Source: Halodesulfurarchaeum sp. (GTDB taxonomy: Archaea > Halobacteriota > Halobacteria > Halobacteriales > Halobacteriaceae). Taken from it: 64,000 bases of DNA. Below, piece by piece: positions 60,545 to 64,000 of this stretch; within the stretch, counting starts at the first letter, position 1, and each line of letters opens with the position of its first letter. The stretch covers positions 1,652,175 to 1,716,174 of the forward strand of contig JAXHNL010000002.1 of NCBI GenBank assembly GCA_034520565.1. Reading direction: 5' to 3'. The notes under the pieces were generated by a model, which saw only the letters and a program-made list of their open reading frames with translations, ran no database searches and had not been told where the DNA came from. The position numbers were made by a program, and so were the translations under genes.

Positions 60545-60656
60545 GGAAGATACTGGAGGCCCACGGTCAAATCGGTACCGTGTCTCTCCCGAGCGAACGG
60601 AACATTTTGCCGATCGATTACCGGCAGGCCGTGAGAACGCGGTTCGGTCACGCAAC

Positions 60657-61061
60657 TTACAGTTCCCGTCGTACGTAGACCCCGAGATACCCGCCAAGTG
60701 CGCTCAGACCCACAGTGTAGAGCGCCGTGAGGGCGATGGCAAACAGGCCAATCAACCCGACGAAAAAGGGCGTCGCGCCGAATTCCATCCCGTACGTGTG
60801 GGAGATGCCGCCAAACCCGAGAATCATCACGAGGAAGAACCCGATGAAGAGGAACGGCAACAGCATGACAAGACCCGCGCCCGCGCCGACTTTCACTCCG
60901 TTTTCCCCGGTCCCGTCCTGGAGGTAACCGGCAATAGCTCCGCCAAGGATCGGGGACAGTGGGATGAAAGAAAGAATCACGCCGGCGATACCACCGATGA
61001 TGGCATTCAGCACTGGACTCCGTGCTCCAGCCGACTTCGAGGATTTCGAATCGGGGACCAT
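60657..61061 (-). CDS. DUF5518-like membrane protein
   Basis: NAIIGG, LSFIPLSPILGGAIAGYL, LGGYLG. Confidence 0.8.
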   Translation of the reverse strand: MVPDSKSSKSAGARSPVLNAIIGGIAGVILSFIPLSPILGGAIAGYLQDGTGENGVKVGAGAGLVMLLPFLFIGFFLVMILGFGGISHTYGMEFGATPFFVGLIGLFAIALTALYTVGLSALGGYLGVYVRREL

Positions 61062-61147
61062 ACACCCATCTACCGGTCGCCTGAATGAAAACGTCTCGGG
61101 AACACGGGCAAAACGCCTACGCCCCCGCAATACGAACCCCACACGTG

Positions 61148-61840
61148 ATGTGTGGGCGAACGTCCCTCTTTGCGCCCCAACCGGAGATAGAGGCGCGATT
61201 CGAGGCCACGTTCGATCACGAGTACGAACCCCGGTACAACATCGCTCCGGGCGCCGAACTGGCGGTCATTCACGATGCAAATCCGGAGACGATTACCAGA
61301 GACACCTGGGGATTCGTTCCAACGTGGGCAGAATCCGGCGACGACGGCCCACGACCGATCAACGCCCGCGTCGAATCGGTCGCGGAATCCAGACTGTTCG
61401 GAACCGCTTTCGAGGACAGGCGGGCGCTGGTCATCGCCGATGGCTACTACGAGTGGGCCGGAAACAGCGGTGGCAAACAACCCTATCGAATAACCGTCGG
61501 CGACGATTGCTTCGCAATGGCTGGCATCTGGAGTCGACACGAGAAGGTCGGAAAATCACGAACGACGATCGCGATTCTCACGACGAATGCAACCGGTGAA
61601 CTCGCGTCGATTCACGACCGGATGCCAGTGATCCTGAACCGAAGCGGGGAATCGGCCTGGCTGGAATCGGAACCGACAGAACCCGTCGATTCCGTGTCCG
61701 ATCGATCGGTTTTCGAGCGGCTCGACCTGACGCCGATCTCGACGCTCGTCAACGATCCGGCAAACAACTCGCCGGCCGTCATCGACCCGGTCGGGGGCGA
61801 CAGCGGACAGACCGGACTCTCCGACTTCGGCGCGGATTGA
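61148..61840 (+). CDS. SOS response-associated peptidase (SRAP/HMCES)
   Basis: MCGR N-terminus, RYNIAP, INARVE, GYYEW, IHDRMPVIL. Confidence 0.93.
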   Translation: MCGRTSLFAPQPEIEARFEATFDHEYEPRYNIAPGAELAVIHDANPETITRDTWGFVPTWAESGDDGPRPINARVESVAESRLFGTAFEDRRALVIADGYYEWAGNSGGKQPYRITVGDDCFAMAGIWSRHEKVGKSRTTIAILTTNATGELASIHDRMPVILNRSGESAWLESEPTEPVDSVSDRSVFERLDLTPISTLVNDPANNSPAVIDPVGGDSGQTGLSDFGAD

Positions 61841-61921
61841 ACGGAACCGGAGGGTCACATGGTACTCGCCGCGAATCGGGGTTCGTAAGGAGTAAACGAA
61901 CCCTCGACCAATCACTGTTCA

Positions 61922-63809
61922 ATGAGTGACTCGTCATCCCGATCGGATGGCACCTCCATCGTGTACGATCTCGATGCGGAGTGTACCCTCGATGATCTTC
62001 GAGAAGACGAACTGTATCGCGGGACCGTCAACGGCGTGGTCGATTACGGCGTCTTCGTCGACGTCTCCGATTCCGTTTCCGGGCTGATCCACGAATCCAG
62101 CCTCGAGACGGACTACGAAGTCGGCGACGTGGTACTCGTCCGACTCGCCGAAATCAAGACCGGCGGCGACGTCTCCTTCGAGCCAGTCGAGCCCGAGGAC
62201 TACGAATTCGAGCGCCGGCGCCCAGACTACGACCGGGCGGTCGTCTCGACGCTGGCCGAATCGAACGGCGACAGCGTTCACCTCGAAGGGAGCGTGGTCC
62301 AGATCAAACAGACCCGCGGCCCGACGGTCTTTCAGGTCCGGGACGAAACCGGAATCGTTCCGTGCACATCCTACGAGGGAGCCGGCGTTCGCGCGCATCC
62401 GGAGATCGAGATCGGCGATCACGTCCACGTCGCCGGATCGGTCGGAAACCGGAACGACTCGGTCCAGGTCGAAGTCGAGGCTATGGAACTCCTGGATGGC
62501 GATGTCGCCCGCACCGTCGGCGAGCGACTGGAAGCAGCCACGGTCGTCCAGTCAGATCCGGTCGACGTCGACCCGACGATCGATTGGGAGCCACTCGCAG
62601 AAATGCACGGTGACCTGACAGAGGTCGCCAGACATCTTCGCGCGGCCGTCGCCGAAGGCCGTCCGATCCGCATCCGCCATCACGCCGCGGACGGGGACGG
62701 GATGTGTGCGGCCGCGCCGGTGGAACTGGCCCTCGAACGGTTCATCGACGACGTTCACGAGGATTCCGAGGCGTCGCGACACCTTCTCAAGCGCCTTCCA
62801 AGCAAGGCTCCGTATTACGAGATGGAGGACGCGACCCGGGACCTCAACTACGCCCTCGGAGACCAGGAGCGACACGGACAGAAGCTTCCGGTGTTGCTCA
62901 TGATCGACAACGGTAGCACCGTCGAGGACACGCCAGCCTACCGAACCCTCGACGAGTACGACATCCCGATCCTGGTCATCGACCATCACCATCCCGACCC
63001 CGAAGCGGTCGATCCCTACCTCACGTCCCACGTCAATCCGTACCTCTACGGCGAGGATTACCGCGTGACCTCGGGCATGCTCAGCGTCGAGTTGGCCCAC
63101 ATGATTCATCCATCACTCGAAGGGACCCTCGACCACGTTCCGGCGATCGCCGGGCTCGCCGACCGGTCCAAAGCCGACGCGATGGCAGACTACCTCGAAC
63201 TCGCCGGAGACGCAGGCTACGACGACACACACCTCGAGGACATCGTGTCGGCCCTCGATTATGCGGCCTACATGCTCCGCTACGATTCGGGAGGCGAGTT
63301 CGTCACGGACATCCTCGGGATCGAGGCCGAGGTTGATCGCCACGTGGAACTCGTCGAACTCCTGGCCCGTCGGGCCCGCGCCGACACCGACGCGCAACTC
63401 GGCGCTGGCACGTCGCACGTCGAACACGAACGGCTGGCAAACGGTGCCCACCTCTACCGGCTCGACCTGGGAGAGTTCGCCCACCGATTCACGTACCTCG
63501 CCGCCGGGAAAGACGACCGGCGAACTTCACGACCGGAAAGTCGAGGCGACCGGCGAGCCGGCCATCACCGTGGGGTATGGCCCGGACTTCGCCGTGCTTC
63601 GGAGTGACGGGGTACGCCTCGACATCCCGAAAATGGTCTCGGAATTGAACGCGGAGCTTCCCGGTGCGGGTGTTTCCGGCGGCGGCCATCTGGTCGTCGG
63701 GAGTATCCGGTTTGTCCCCGGGATGCGTGAGCCGGTCATCGACTCGCTGGTGGAGCGGATGGCCGACGCGGAACTCGATGAGGCCCTCAGTAGCTCCTCC
63801 ACCGCCTAA
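61922..63809 (+). CDS. RecJ-like DHH phosphoesterase with S1/OB domains, +1 frameshift near 63498
   Basis: S1 (YGVFV), DGDG, DNGS, DHHHP; FTYP-PPGKTTG restored by removing one base, then GGGHLVVGS. Confidence 0.85.
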
Positions 63810-64000
63810 TCGTCCTCGAAGGTCGCGATTTTTCGAACCCGAACCAGACTTCCGAGCAACGTCACAGCGACCCCGCGAGTACGCCCCATGGAACGCGCCA
63901 CGCGGCACCCCGCCAATCGGCGAGGAAGACCCGCTGAAAGTACGCCGCCGTGGCCGAGTCGTCGACGCGAAGGACAACCTCGCGGTTCGCTTCGCGGGCA
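63806..64000 (-). CDS. C-terminus of a phospholipase D-like protein (partial, probable frameshift at C4 63871-63874)
   Basis: Hand translation NREVVL...AAYFQRVFLADW followed by a TM tail. Confidence 0.55.
   Translation of the reverse strand, partial: CPRSEPRGCPSRRRLGHGGVLSAGLPRRLAGCRVARSMGRTRGVAVTLLGSLVRVRKIATFEDD

Overview
GC-rich DNA with acidic proteins and haloarchaeal gene order (class Halobacteria, inferred). The backbone is housekeeping: nuoB/nuoA, purE/purK, agl23-like, ribH, aspartate aminotransferase, gdhA, two GT4 glycosyltransferases, rnp4, yhbY, mscS, SRP RNA, DGGGP synthase, tRNA-Arg(TCG), tRNA-Thr(TGT), a pilB/pilC/pilin cluster, ilvD, MATE, TrkA-type channel, SRAP and a RecJ-like DHH protein. 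The main accessory feature is an ~8 kb metal island at tRNA-Arg, bounded by a 26/27-bp direct repeat (17276-17302 and 25243-25269). It holds an intact DtxR regulator / Tat two-domain multicopper oxidase / extended ZIP transporter / halocyanin operon and a Cys-motif membrane protein, while its efflux genes (CDF, P1B-ATPase) are pseudogenes. Other notable items: a B12-binding radical SAM enzyme, a MetF-MetV fusion MTHFR, an ArnC/ArnD/ArnT-like sugar-transfer cluster, an RNA-ligase-like protein lacking the catalytic Lys, a decayed hicBA after tRNA-Thr and several Cys microproteins. Scattered single-base frameshifts in conserved genes suggest assembly indel errors. Family calls rest on motif recognition by eye; no database searches were run.
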